Source of the DNA: Ascidiella aspersa
Taxonomy: Eukaryota
Length of the DNA: 64,000 nt
Direction: 5' to 3'
NCBI GenBank assembly: GCA_963924565.1
Contig: OZ004611.1
Span: 29,512,001-29,576,000 of the forward strand
Part shown: one piece after another, positions 36,827 to 49,721 of the stretch
Layout: each line of letters begins with the position of its first letter
How positions within the stretch are numbered: the first letter of the stretch is position 1
Position numbers and translations under genes: made by a program
Notes under the pieces: generated by a model
Databases searched by the model: none
What the model was told of the DNA's origin: nothing
What the model saw: the letters and a program-made list of their open reading frames with translations, nothing else

Positions 36827-36866
<40 letters not shown>

Positions 36867-38019
36867 ACTGCCGAAGCAAGTACAATCGTTTACCAACTTT
36901 TTTCTTTATCAACGACCTCGTCGAAAAACGCCGACTCTTTGCGGAGAAGACCCGAATCGCCCAGCCAATTGATTTAGATGTGTCACGATGACGTCGGCAA
37001 AATTTCAATAACTCCTGGCCAGAAATCAAAGGCCAGCTAAAACGAGAGTCCGACTGCCAAATTCTCTTTTCAATTCTTTTCCAATTGTAATTCGTCGTGT
37101 CGTTTTGTCGAAAATCGCTTCCAAATGCACTCTTTTCGAGAGACGGCAAAATACGTTTTCGCTTGCCAAATCTTTCCACGGCCAACCAGCAAGTCTTGGG
37201 TAAGGCTGAGAGTTGTACTTCTTCCTGACTGACCCCAAACTTTATCGCTTCTCGGCTCTTTAGAGCTAAGATCAAGTGTAGTATCTGTTCTTCTCAGTTT
37301 AATACCTGGGACGCAAGCGATTCGCTTGCTCTTTGTATTAACCTGATTTTTGGACAGGGAGCACGGTGCCGAAGCTTGCTTCGCCCTGCTCACGGGTTGT
37401 CCTGGTATTGCAGTACCTCCAGGCACGGCCCACATTCCCACACTGTGGGAATTCCTCTTCATCCAATTGAAAATTTGCTTCTTGTTTTGAAAAAAAGAAG
37501 CAAAACATAAATCGATTTTTCGAGCGAAAATTGAAAAGAAAAATGGTGACCGATCGGCCAAAAATGACAAATTTTGTTCCTACAAGTTGATGCGGGGGGC
37601 TTATGGGGTAGCTATCCACAAAGAGTACGGGCGAGTAGTCGAGTAGGGCCTCGGGAAAAATCGTCACAACTCATACTTACCTGACGGGGGTCTTTAACCG
37701 TGATCACGTAGGCGGTTGGCCCAAGGCGAGGCCTTGCCATTGCACTTCGGCTTGGCTGACCCTTGCGATTACCCCAAATGCGGGTAACTCGGCCGTATAA
37801 TTTCTGTTAGCGGGGTGTGCGTTCGCGCAAAACCCCATACAAACCTTAATCAGTTCTGAAAAAGCTTGGAAACGGCAAGAGCCGGTCGTAGCTGCAAAAC
37901 GCTGAAAGAGCAGGAGGAAATTTTCGGGGGGCGTCTTCCGAGTAGCGTCGGCAGAATCGAGTAAAATGTCAAAATAAGGAACGCTTCACGATTTTGCGTG
38001 TCATCCTTGCGCAGGGGCC

Positions 38020-38059
<40 letters not shown>

Positions 38060-38453
38060 ACTGCCGAAGCAAGTACAATCGTTTACCAACTTTTTTCCTT
38101 ATCAACGACCTCGTCGAAAAACGCCGACTCTTTGCGGAGAAGACCCGAATCGCCCAGCCAATTGATTTAGATGTGTCACGATGACGTCGGCAAAATTTCA
38201 ATAACTCCTGGCCAGAAATCAAAGGCCAGCTAAAACGAGAGTCCGACTGCCAAATTCTCTTTTCAATTCTTTTCCAATTGTAATTCGTCGTGTCGTTTTG
38301 TCGAAAATCGCTTCCAAATGCACTCTTTTCGAGAGACGGCAAAATACGTTTTCGCTTGCCAAATCTTTCCACGGCCAACCAGCAAGTCTTGGGTAAGGCT
38401 GAGAGTTGTACTTCTTCCTGACTGACCCCAAACTTTATCGCTTCTCGGCTCTT
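32512..38453. repeat. 1193-bp U2-U1-U6 array, block 3 (4 intact U2, 5 U1, 5 U6)
   Basis: U2 starts at 33665, 34858, 36051, 37244; interrupted U2 at 38437. Confidence 0.98.
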
Positions 38454-41400
38454 CAGAGACCTAACATTGGTGGTATACGAGCCTCATCCACGAGTTAACT
38501 TTGCATCTTCAATCGGGAAGGCAAAGAGTGAGCCCCTTCAGCTGGCCAAGTTCCTCGTAAACAGACTATACTTGTTAGGCGAGTTCCCCCGGTTGTCGTG
38601 TGGTATCGTAGTCACGTTCCTCGACTTGGAGCCCGACGACTCTCTTTTGAGAGCGTGAGGCACAGATACTGGTTTGGAGCCCGACGACTCTCTGTTGAGA
38701 GCGTGAGGCGTAGATACTGGTTGGAAGCCCGACGACTCTCTGTTGAGAGCGTGAGGCCTAGTTTTTACTGGTTGGGAGCTCGACGACTATCTGTTGATAG
38801 CGTGAGGCACAGTTTTCGTCCCCCGGTTTTCAGCGGCTCCTACGCGGCCATCCGCGCGCTCCGCCCCGGGCCTCTTCAGCAGCGGAGCTCCCGGCATTTC
38901 TTTGCCGCAGCCCTCACCCGCACTCCACCGGAGGTCCCTGCAGTTGCCGGTGTGCCATCCGGTGTTTGCTGCCCAGCTCTTGGCCTCACCCCACCGGAGG
39001 TCCCTGCAACGTTGGCCAGCTCTTCGGCCCTCTACCTCCAGTGTTCGCCGACCCCCACCGGAGGTCTCTGCAGTTGCCGGTGTGCCATCCTGTGGTTGCT
39101 GCCCAGCTCTTGGCCTCACCCCACCGGAGGTCCCTGCAACGTTGGCCAGCTCTTCGGCCCTCTACCTCCAGTGTTCGCCGACCCCCACCGGAGGTCCCTG
39201 CAGTTGCCGGTCTGCCCTCTAGTGTCCACTGGTCGGCTCTCCACTGTACCCCACCGGAGGTCCCTACAACTTCGGCAACTTTGTGGTGCTCTACCACCAG
39301 CGTCCAGCTACCCCCACCGGAGGTCCCTGCAACCTTGGACAGCCCAGCGGTCCTCTAACAACACCTGCACTCCGCCTCCACCACCGGAGGTCCCTGCACC
39401 TGCCCGCTGCTCTTAAGCCTTCACAACCGGAGGCTGTCGCAGCCGCCGGTCTGCCGTTTGTGCACCAGTTCCCGACCTTCACAACCGGAGGCTCTCGCAG
39501 CCGCCGGTCTGTCGTAAGTTGCTGTACCCGCTGAAACCAGCCACCACCTCAACTGCGCCTCTCCCCACTCCATCTGCTCCCAACCAGCCTCACCGTCTCA
39601 CCATCCGCTTCCAACCCATCCGCCTCAAAACCAGTTCTACCATCTGTTCCAAACCAGCCTGCCCATCCATCTGCCTCACCGCCTCACCATCTGCTCCAAT
39701 CTCGACAACACCACCGAACGTGACTACGATCCACATCCATCTTCACCACACGACAACCCACTACCACCTACGAAGAACTTGGCCCATCACCACCAGCAGC
39801 CCTTCACCCCTAACTCGCGGATTACACTCTGGATTAATACCACCAAAACACAAAGGATTATTCCACCTTTCATCGCTCTCAATCATCGCCGGATCCGACA
39901 CCCTTCCCCCCCTGGTTGGCCCACATCGCCGGTCTCCTTCTAAACAAGTATTTTAGCATAACCTTCTATCCTTTTTGGCCGAGAAGCACCTAACTTTAAT
40001 TTAATTTATCATACTCCCCCTTGGTTATATCTTTTAATACCCTCCCCCCCTGCAACTCAAGCAATTTTAATAAGGACTCGCGCCGGCTCTAAATTGTGCT
40101 TCCTCGGTCCCTCTACCAGTTTTATATCTTACCTTTTTATTATTACATTACATACATTTTACTACTACATATTATTACATATTATTACACACGTCTCGCT
40201 CTTTTACAATTTTACTGTGCCACGACTACTCGCAGACTTATATTTTACCTTTTTATTATCACATATTATTACATAAATTTTACTATTACATATTATTACA
40301 CATTATTACATACGTCTCGCTCTTTTACAATTTTACTGTGCCACGACTACTCGCAGACTTATATTTTACCTTTTTATTATTAAATATTATTACAAACATT
40401 TTATTATTACATATTATTACATACATTATATTATTACATATTATTACACATTATTACATACGTCTCGCCCTTCTACAATTTTACTGTGCCACGACTACTC
40501 GCAGACTTATATTTTACCTTTTTATTATCACATATTATTACATACATTTTACTATTACATACTATTACACATTATTACATACGTCTCGCTCTTTTACAAT
40601 TTTACTGTGCCACGACTATTCGCAGACTGTACACCGGTCCCAACGTCATGAACGTTCAACCACCGCGTCGCAGGCTTCGCCCAGCAGTTCGTTCACGCGC
40701 GGATCAGGGGACGGCATCATCCAAACCAACCAAAGATGCCCCATCGCAGGAGGAAGCCCCACCCTTGTCGGTAACGTTTAGGGGGCCCGGGGATTCCGTG
40801 TTTCGGTGCGGGGTTAGTGGCTGTTCTATGGTCTCGGCAGCGCTCCAATCAGTCAAGCGCCATTTGGCATCTGTACATGGCTTGGCTGTTGGAGTGCTGG
40901 ACGCGGCCTGTGGGAAGTGTTCCGCTTCCTTCAGGTCGCGTGGCTCCCTCATTAACGTGAGGGACCATTACCGTGCCTGTGGAGCAGTCGCCCCCGCCGC
41001 TGCACCGCGGACTCCTCGGGCCTTTTGCTGCCCAGTCTGCGATAGTCGCTGGCCGTCTCTCGTAGCTGCCAAGTCCCACCATTACCAAAAGCACCCGGGC
41101 GGGCCGTCACGCAATAACAACAGCTTTGTGGTGGCCCCCGGTCTGTTATCACCTCGGCGTAGCATTAAACAACGCCCCTTTACTCTGAACGTGCGCTACG
41201 TCGACGCGGCTACCACCTATAAATGCCCCGTGCCGGCTTGCCCGAAAGGTAATGACGGATACGCTAGAGTCCGAACATTAAAAACCCACCTCAGTACTTG
41301 TCACAAAATTAATAACGTCTTACTTAGGGTAGTATGTGGCAAGTGCGAGTGCGTCGTCGCCGACAAGGCTATGTCCTTATTGCCCGCCTCTTCGCACTTT

Positions 41401-44400
41401 AAATCATGTTCTGGCTCTGGCAAACCCCCGAGCATCCCGGTGCCCATACTCCCACCCTCGCCCGCGAACCACTCTGTTGGGGAGGACTCTGATAGTTCTA
41501 CAGTTGGCAAGGTCCCTTCGCTGATCTTCTATCAGTCGAAGGCTTCGATAAATACCACCCCGCCCTCGGACAGTGAGTTTTTGTATGGCCACGTCTCTCC
41601 CCCAAGTGGGAGTTCTCACTGTTCTTCAGTAACGCTAATTTCCCCCATCGCTACGGTTGCGCCGGTGTTGTCGTACGCCGATGCAGTCCGTACGCCATCT
41701 CCAAAGCTGTCACAGATAGATCTAGTTACCCCACCAAACCTACCAACCGTGGGCATTCAGAATTCCTTTTCGGCAGAGTGCGTCGACCCTTACCAGCCTT
41801 CCGAGGTTTCGAGCGTCATCAACGCGACCTCACCATCTGGTCCCCCTTCGTTCACGCTCCTTAGGAGCTGGCTAAACACTCCTTGCACCGGGAGTACCAG
41901 GCGCGTTCCGGTAGAGATCCCGCAGATCTCTCCTTCTCGCCTCGCTCGACTGGCAGTTACAATTAGGGATCACTATCGTTCAAGGGTTAACGTCGCCACG
42001 GGGGTCTCGCCTGATCCGAAGCCACCGAAAGCGAGCGTGTTTCTCTCTGGAGAAACACCTGGCCGCGAAGTGGTGAAAGTGAAGGAGGGGCCGCCAGTTC
42101 AAGGAGGGTGGACGGATCGTCCGACACAGCAACTTCTTGTGTCGAACCTTCTTTCTGCCGGAGAACTGGACCAGGCTACATCACCTCCCGAGGTGGTGGA
42201 GCCGTGCGTTGCCGAGGCTACCGTTGCGGGAGCGGGGGAGGTGTCGGCGGCAGGGAACTGCCCGTCGCCTGAACCCGTTCCGGGCGCGCCAGAGCGACCG
42301 GCCGTGAAGACCAGGTGTGAATGGGAGGCCTTGTTGCCGAGCAGTCCGCCTGTGTCCGATCAGGTCCCAGTACCCGTGGTTGGAGACGTGTCCCACCGAA
42401 GTCCTGTTGCAAGCTCTGAAAATGCGTCAAGCTCATTGCCTGTTAGATGTAACGTTAACGACCCACCTTTAACCGACCCCAGTAATGACGACTTGAGAGC
42501 TCGCCTTGCGCATGTAATTGACGCCCATTCTTCCCCCGATAGTTTCGGCGAGCTCGAGCACGCATTAGAGGAGTGGACCAAACTCGCTGGCTCTGTAGAC
42601 ATTACGCGTAAGCAGCGCAAGCCTCGATACAACCGCGGTGCTCAGCACCGTGCGACCACCAACCGCGAGCGCGGCCACCCCAACAAGACAACCATACCAG
42701 TAAAGGGGGCGGCCGCCAAAGGGCAGTGCTTGCGCTCAGCGTTCTGGCGAGACCAGCGAGCTACGGTTCGCCGCATCACGGACGGGTTAAAAGGGGAGGT
42801 CAAATGTGGGATAGCTCCTCGAGTCATCGAGGAGAAGTTTCGCGCCGACCTTAAGGCACCGGGGGCGTACGAGCATCTCGAGCCGGTACCAAGCTGGATG
42901 CGAGCCACGACGGGAGGGGGAGATGCGTCATCGGGGGCTTCTGGCGGTGTAGACTCTGCTCCAATATCTCCGCACGAGGTGGAGATGGTTCTCCAGTCCG
43001 TTAACACTGCTTCGGCGGCAGGATCCGACGGGTTGTCCTATGGCTTTTGGAGGGCTCTAGATCCCAGGGGCATCGTCCTTGCGGAGCTTTTCGAGAGGTG
43101 TAGGATCGCTCGTCGGATTCCCGCGCAGTGGCGTAAGTCGAAAGTCACTCTGATCTGCAAGGATCCGGGCGGCGACCTCGACGACGTCTCGAACTGGAGA
43201 CCCATTTCCATCTGTCGCAACTTGTACAAGTTGTACGCGGCGGTGTTGGCGCGGCGTTTGCAGCGCTGGGCGCTCGACGGTGGCGTTATTTCTCCTGAAC
43301 AGAAGGGTTTCATGCCAGTGGAAGGAACGTTCGAGCATGTTTTCGTGTTGGACTCAGCCTGGGTAGATGCACGACAGGCGAAGAAGAACATCTTCGTCGC
43401 CTGGCTCGACGTCAAGAACGCCTTCGGCAGTATCCGTCACGATTGTATTCGTAGCATAATGGACGAGCTTCAAGTTCCTGACTACTTGATTGAGTGCGTT
43501 GCTGATATCTACGTTGGTAACACGTGTGTCGTTCGCACGGCGGGTGGTGTTACCAACGAGATACCAGTAGGGCGAGGGGTACGCCAAGGCTGCCCCTTGT
43601 CCGGCCTCGTATTCAATCTGGTGGCCGAGGTTCTTGTTAGAGGGGTCAAAGCTCGCGCCGGTTGCGGATACAGATTCGATTGCGCTCCTAATGTCTTTTC
43701 CCAAGTGCTGGCATACGCTGACGACGGGTGTCTCATCTCGAGCTCGAGGTCACAGATGTGCGAGCAGCTGAAAGTGTGTGAGGAGTTCGCCGGCTGGGCA
43801 GGTATCCGTTTTAACCCGAAAAAATGCCGCATAATGAACCAGGTGCTGGTTGGAAGTCGCCGACAACGGGATCCGCAGCCTTTCTCGCTCTCGGGCGAGG
43901 AGGTCAAGGTGATTGGTCTGGGCGAATTCTACCGCTACTTGGGAGTGCGGCAGGGATACCTTCCTGACACTCGATCGAACACCACCCTCGAGTTGTCTGC
44001 CGAGCGAATCAAGCGACTCTTTGAGTCGCCCCTCACGCCACACCAGAAGCTGCTGGCACTGAAGCGATTCGAGCTCCCCCGTCTGAGCTTCATCTTGAGG
44101 TTGCGGCATTTTCCGGTAAAGGAGTTGAGGAAGGTGGACTCTACGGTGCGGCGTTGCGTGCGCATTTCACTCCGCCTCCCAACACGAACGTGCGTGGCTT
44201 TTTACCACACGTCAGCAGACAGCGGAGGCCTGGGGATCCCGTCGATTGCCGCCGAGGGCGACATACTGGCGGTGACACAGGCCTTCAAAATGCTGACAGC
44301 ACCGGACTGGCGGGTGCGCGCCGTGGCCGTGGGTCGACTCGAATCTCTCTCGAAACGGATGGCCAAAGCTGAAAGTGTCGATGCCGGTGCGATGGCAGCT

Positions 44401-46559
44401 TTCATATCAGGGGGCAACGTCAGTGGTAACGGGTGCGGAGCGGGCGGAAGTCTGGAACGAGACTTGTTTACGTTTGTACGCAAGGCCTCGGAAAGGATCG
44501 ATGTTCAATTCGTCGCGGGCGCTGACGGGCAGTTTTCTGTGACGTCTGGTGACAAGACGTTATCCCCCAGCAACCGGGCAGTATTTACCAGGACCCTCCA
44601 CGCCTTACAATCAAAGCGTTGGAGGGAAGTGTGGGCCAGTCATCCAGACCAAGGTAAGACCGTAGGGGCCCACACCCAATACGGTTATTCGAACCACTGG
44701 TTGAAGAACCCCGGGGCTCTGACTATTCCAGAGCGCATTTTCGCGATGAAAGCACGCCTCAACCTCCTTCCTGTCAAGAAGGTTCGGGAACGATTTCACG
44801 GGGGACAGTCAGACGTTAGGTGCTGCAGATGCGGCAGTTCGGCCGAGACACTTCCCCACGTACTCAACCACTGTGTTCCCGTCATGCCCCAAATCCTATC
44901 TCGGCACGACGCCATACAGGGGGAAGTGTTGCGCCACGTACCTTCAGGGACCTTCACCAAGGTTTCTTGTGACCGAGTTTGCCGGGAGCACGCCGATGCC
45001 ACGGGTGAGAACCTCCGGCCAGACTTGATTGTCGAGAGCGCCGACAGGTTCTTAGTCGTGGACTTTGCGTGCCCTTTCGAAAACGGCCAAGTTGCCCTTA
45101 CCGCTGCTGCGGCCCGTAAGCACCAAAAGTACAGGGAGTTGTGTGGAAACTTGGCCCGTGTTTCCAAGAAGCGAGTCCTTTTCCACACCTTCATCATCGG
45201 CTCCCTGGGCAGCTATGCTCAAGGCAACAATTCCACCCTCAGCGCCTTGGGCATCACGGGCCGTCGTATGACGGAGGTAGCCAGAGCATGCTCAGCTCTG
45301 GCTATCAAGGGTAGCCACCACGTGTGGCAATCTTGGTGCAGGGGGATTGTTACCAAACCTTAAACCATCCTTTGCAAGCGCAGACTGGCACCACACAAAC
45401 ACAAACCGGACGATCACGGCGGCGGGGCATCAACTTAACCGCAAATAAACCAGCTCACCAGTACGTTCATCAATCAGCCAACAACCCAGCCCACTCACCC
45501 CATCACCTCGGAAAACTTCAGCCCTTTGACCCCAGCTCTATCCACGCCCCGCCGCCAACCCCTCCTCGCACTCCAATGTTAAAGCTGGCCTCCTCCAATC
45601 AAAACCCACTCCTGATAGTTTCGCCGAGGTGCTCCCAACTCTTCAACCGCGCGGCAGCCGGGGACCAACTCTCCAAACACTTTAACGTTCCAACGTTCGT
45701 CTATCGTCCCCGGCCAACACCTTCAACAGTTCCGCCCGCCACACCAGTCGAATCATCGTCAACGGCAAAAGGGCGGATGCCGCGCGGTCAACACCTCACC
45801 TCTTCACACCAATGGGGCCGGCTAGGAAGCCTGCCCCCGAACTGTCTGGCACCAACACTGGAGCACCTCGGCCCCCCAACCCACACGGAGGCCAGCAGGC
45901 CGGCGCACGTCGCCGACCCACTAATTCGCACCATCCCCACCCGGTTTGCACAACACTTAGCTTTTAAATCTCTTTTTTTGTCTTAGGTAGCTCGTTTTTA
46001 ACCGCTTTACCGCCCCAAAATTGCACTTACTAGCAATTAAAGCACTTACCGCACTTAAACCTCTTTCAAGTTTTAAATGCACCCCCCCTTTTTTTATATA
46101 TGCAAAGTTCCGAACTATTTTTTATATTTACATTGTTTTTAAATATTTTTATACCCACACCCCGTGTACTTTTTTCGCCACCCTCACCCCTTTCCACTCA
46201 CTAGGCACACTTCCAAAATATGTATCTAAATTACACAATACCATACCCGAGCCCAGTCTGCGCCAGTCCCTCTGTTCCTCCTGCGACGTCTCCTGCAAGC
46301 CCTACCATCGGCGGGCCCCACAATTCACTTAGCTTATAACTTAACTAATCTGGCCCTAACTTTTTTAAATTTACCTTTTTTTCCACAGTAATCATCAAAT
46401 CTTAACCAAACCAAACCCACAAATTCTATCACCCATCGCCGTTACGGCGGTGGAGGCCGAGCGTGCAACGCACAATACTTATTGCCGGCGAAGCCTGTTT
46501 ATATTGTCGTTTTCGTGTTTTATCGCCGTCAACACAATAAACCGGTGTACAGTCAAAAG
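38454..46559 (+). mobile_element. Full-length U2-specific non-LTR retrotransposon (Utopia-like), copy 2, 8106 bp
   Basis: Same 5' and 3' junctions in U2 as copy 1; near-identical sequence with scattered substitutions and small indels. Confidence 0.95.
40648..45363 (+). CDS. Retrotransposon polyprotein (ZF-RT-CCHC-RLE), copy 2, intact
   Basis: Same motifs as copy 1; five amino-acid differences visible in the track (I/V, R/H, K/R, K/R, D/N). Confidence 0.95.
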   Translation: MNVQPPRRRLRPAVRSRADQGTASSKPTKDAPSQEEAPPLSVTFRGPGDSVFRCGVSGCSMVSAALQSVKRHLASVHGLAVGVLDAACGKCSASFRSRGSLINVRDHYRACGAVAPAAAPRTPRAFCCPVCDSRWPSLVAAKSHHYQKHPGGPSRNNNSFVVAPGLLSPRRSIKQRPFTLNVRYVDAATTYKCPVPACPKGNDGYARVRTLKTHLSTCHKINNVLLRVVCGKCECVVADKAMSLLPASSHFKSCSGSGKPPSIPVPILPPSPANHSVGEDSDSSTVGKVPSLIFYQSKASINTTPPSDSEFLYGHVSPPSGSSHCSSVTLISPIATVAPVLSYADAVRTPSPKLSQIDLVTPPNLPTVGIQNSFSAECVDPYQPSEVSSVINATSPSGPPSFTLLRSWLNTPCTGSTRRVPVEIPQISPSRLARLAVTIRDHYRSRVNVATGVSPDPKPPKASVFLSGETPGREVVKVKEGPPVQGGWTDRPTQQLLVSNLLSAGELDQATSPPEVVEPCVAEATVAGAGEVSAAGNCPSPEPVPGAPERPAVKTRCEWEALLPSSPPVSDQVPVPVVGDVSHRSPVASSENASSSLPVRCNVNDPPLTDPSNDDLRARLAHVIDAHSSPDSFGELEHALEEWTKLAGSVDITRKQRKPRYNRGAQHRATTNRERGHPNKTTIPVKGAAAKGQCLRSAFWRDQRATVRRITDGLKGEVKCGIAPRVIEEKFRADLKAPGAYEHLEPVPSWMRATTGGGDASSGASGGVDSAPISPHEVEMVLQSVNTASAAGSDGLSYGFWRALDPRGIVLAELFERCRIARRIPAQWRKSKVTLICKDPGGDLDDVSNWRPISICRNLYKLYAAVLARRLQRWALDGGVISPEQKGFMPVEGTFEHVFVLDSAWVDARQAKKNIFVAWLDVKNAFGSIRHDCIRSIMDELQVPDYLIECVADIYVGNTCVVRTAGGVTNEIPVGRGVRQGCPLSGLVFNLVAEVLVRGVKARAGCGYRFDCAPNVFSQVLAYADDGCLISSSRSQMCEQLKVCEEFAGWAGIRFNPKKCRIMNQVLVGSRRQRDPQPFSLSGEEVKVIGLGEFYRYLGVRQGYLPDTRSNTTLELSAERIKRLFESPLTPHQKLLALKRFELPRLSFILRLRHFPVKELRKVDSTVRRCVRISLRLPTRTCVAFYHTSADSGGLGIPSIAAEGDILAVTQAFKMLTAPDWRVRAVAVGRLESLSKRMAKAESVDAGAMAAFISGGNVSGNGCGAGGSLERDLFTFVRKASERIDVQFVAGADGQFSVTSGDKTLSPSNRAVFTRTLHALQSKRWREVWASHPDQGKTVGAHTQYGYSNHWLKNPGALTIPERIFAMKARLNLLPVKKVRERFHGGQSDVRCCRCGSSAETLPHVLNHCVPVMPQILSRHDAIQGEVLRHVPSGTFTKVSCDRVCREHADATGENLRPDLIVESADRFLVVDFACPFENGQVALTAAAARKHQKYRELCGNLARVSKKRVLFHTFIIGSLGSYAQGNNSTLSALGITGRRMTEVARACSALAIKGSHHVWQSWCRGIVTKP

Positions 46560-46709
46560 TCTGTTCTTCTCAGTTTAATACCTGGGACGCAAGCGATTCG
46601 CTTGCTCTTTGTATTAACCTGATTTTTGGACAGGGAGCACGGTGCCGAAGCTTGCTTCGCCCTGCTCACGGGTTGTCCTGGTATTGCAGTACCTCCAGGC
46701 ACGGCCCAC
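46560..46709 (+). pseudogene. U2: 3' remnant of U2 disrupted by element copy 2
   Basis: U2 resumes at TCTGTTCTT after GTCAAAAG. Confidence 0.93.
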
Positions 46710-47295
46710 ATTCCCACACTGTGGGAATTCCTCTTCATCCAATTGAAAATTTGCTTCTTGTTTTGAAAAAAAGAAGCAAAACATAAATCGATTTTTCGAG
46801 CGAAAATTGAAAAGAAAAATGGTGACCGATCGGCCAAAAATGACAAATTTTGTTCCTACAAGTTGATGCGGGGGGCTTATGGGGTAGCTATCCACAAAGA
46901 GTACGGGCGAGTAGTCGAGTAGGGCCTCGGGAAAAATCGTCACAACTCATACTTACCTGACGGGGGTCTTTAACCGTGATCACGTAGGCGGTTGGCCCAA
47001 GGCGAGGCCTTGCCATTGCACTTCGGCTTGGCTGACCCTTGCGATTACCCCAAATGCGGGTAACTCGGCCGTATAATTTCTGTTAGCGGGGTGTGCGTTC
47101 GCGCAAAACCCCATACAAACCTTAATCAGTTCTGAAAAAGCTTGGAAACGGCAAGAGCCGGTCGTAGCTGCAAAACGCTGAAAGAGCAGGAGGAAATTTT
47201 CGGGGGGCGTCTTCCGAGTAGCGTCGGCAGAATCGAGTAAAATGTCAAAATAAGGAACGCTTCACGATTTTGCGTGTCATCCTTGCGCAGGGGCC

Positions 47296-47335
<40 letters not shown>

Positions 47336-48488
47336 ACTGCCGAAGCAAGTACAATCGTTTACCAACTTTTTTCCTTATCAACGACCTCGTCGAAAAACGC
47401 CGACTCTTTGCGGAGAAGACCCGAATCGCCCAGCCAATTGATTTAGATGTGTCACGATGACGTCGGCAAAATTTCAATAACTCCTGGCCAGAAATCAAAG
47501 GCCAGCTAAAACGAGAGTCCGACTGCCAAATTCTCTTTTCAATTCTTTTCCAATTGTAATTCGTCGTGTCGTTTTGTCGAAAATCGCTTCCAAATGCACT
47601 CTTTTCGAGAGACGGCAAAATACGTTTTCGCTTGCCAAATCTTTCCACGGCCAACCAGCAAGTCTTGGGTAAGGCTGAGAGTTGTACTTCTTCCTGACTG
47701 ACCCCAAACTTTATCGCTTCTCGGCTCTTTAGAGCTAAGATCAAGTGTAGTATCTGTTCTTCTCAGTTTAATACCTGGGACGCAAGCGATTCGCTTGCTC
47801 TTTGTATTAACCTGATTTTTGGACAGGGAGCACGGTGCCGAAGCTTGCTTCGCCCTGCTCACGGGTTGTCCTGGTATTGCAGTACCTCCAGGCACGGCCC
47901 ACATTCCCACACTGTGGGAATTCCTCTTCATCCAATTGAAAATTTGCTTCTTGTTTTGAAAAAAAGAAGCAAAACATAAATCGATTTTTCGAGCGAAAAT
48001 TGAAAAGAAAAATGGTGACCGATCGGCCAAAAATGACAAATTTTGTTCCTACAAGTTGATGCGGGGGGCTTATGGGGTAGCTATCCACAAAGAGTACGGG
48101 CGAGTAGTCGAGTAGGGCCTCGGGAAAAATCGTCACAACTCATACTTACCTGACGGGGGTCTTTAACCGTGATCACGTAGGCGGTTGGCCCAAGGCGAGG
48201 CCTTGCCATTGCACTTCGGCTTGGCTGACCCTTGCGATTACCCCAAATGCGGGTAACTCGGCCGTATAATTTCTGTTAGCGGGGTGTGCGTTCGCGCAAA
48301 ACCCCATACAAACCTTAATCAGTTCTGAAAAAGCTTGGAAACGGCAAGAGCCGGTCGTAGCTGCAAAACGCTGAAAGAGCAGGAGGAAATTTTCGGGGGG
48401 CGTCTTCCGAGTAGCGTCGGCAGAATCGAGTAAAATGTCAAAATAAGGAACGCTTCACGATTTTGCGTGTCATCCTTGCGCAGGGGCC

Positions 48489-48528
<40 letters not shown>

Positions 48529-49681
48529 ACTGCCGAAGCAAGTACAATCGTTTACCAACTTTTTTCCTTATCAACGACCTCGTCGAAAAACGCCGACTCT
48601 TTGCGGAGAAGACCCGAATCGCCCAGCCAATTGATTTAGATGTGTCACGATGACGTCGGCAAAATTTCAATAACTCCTGGCCAGAAATCAAAGGCCAGCT
48701 AAAACGAGAGTCCGACTGCCAAATTCTCTTTTCAATTCTTTTCCAATTGTAATTCGTCGTGTCGTTTTGTCGAAAATCGCTTCCAAATGCACTCTTTTCG
48801 AGAGACGGCAAAATACGTTTTCGCTTGCCAAATCTTTCCACGGCCAACCAGCAAGTCTTGGGTAAGGCTGAGAGTTGTACTTCTTCCTGACTGACCCCAA
48901 ACTTTATCGCTTCTCGGCTCTTTAGAGCTAAGATCAAGTGTAGTATCTGTTCTTCTCAGTTTAATACCTGGGACGCAAGCGATTCGCTTGCTCTTTGTAT
49001 TAACCTGATTTTTGGACAGGGAGCACGGTGCCGAAGCTTGCTTCGCCCTGCTCACGGGTTGTCCTGGTATTGCAGTACCTCCAGGCACGGCCCACATTCC
49101 CACACTGTGGGAATTCCTCTTCATCCAATTGAAAATTTGCTTCTTGTTTTGAAAAAAAGAAGCAAAACATAAATCGATTTTTCGAGCGAAAATTGAAAAG
49201 AAAAATGGTGACCGATCGGCCAAAAATGACAAATTTTGTTCCTACAAGTTGATGCGGGGGGCTTATGGGGTAGCTATCCACAAAGAGTACGGGCGAGTAG
49301 TCGAGTAGGGCCTCGGGAAAAATCGTCACAACTCATACTTACCTGACGGGGGTCTTTAACCGTGATCACGTAGGCGGTTGGCCCAAGGCGAGGCCTTGCC
49401 ATTGCACTTCGGCTTGGCTGACCCTTGCGATTACCCCAAATGCGGGTAACTCGGCCGTATAATTTCTGTTAGCGGGGTGTGCGTTCGCGCAAAACCCCAT
49501 ACAAACCTTAATCAGTTCTGAAAAAGCTTGGAAACGGCAAGAGCCGGTCGTAGCTGCAAAACGCTGAAAGAGCAGGAGGAAATTTTCGGGGGGCGTCTTC
49601 CGAGTAGCGTCGGCAGAATCGAGTAAAATGTCAAAATAAGGAACGCTTCACGATTTTGCGTGTCATCCTTGCGCAGGGGCC

Positions 49682-49721
<40 letters not shown>

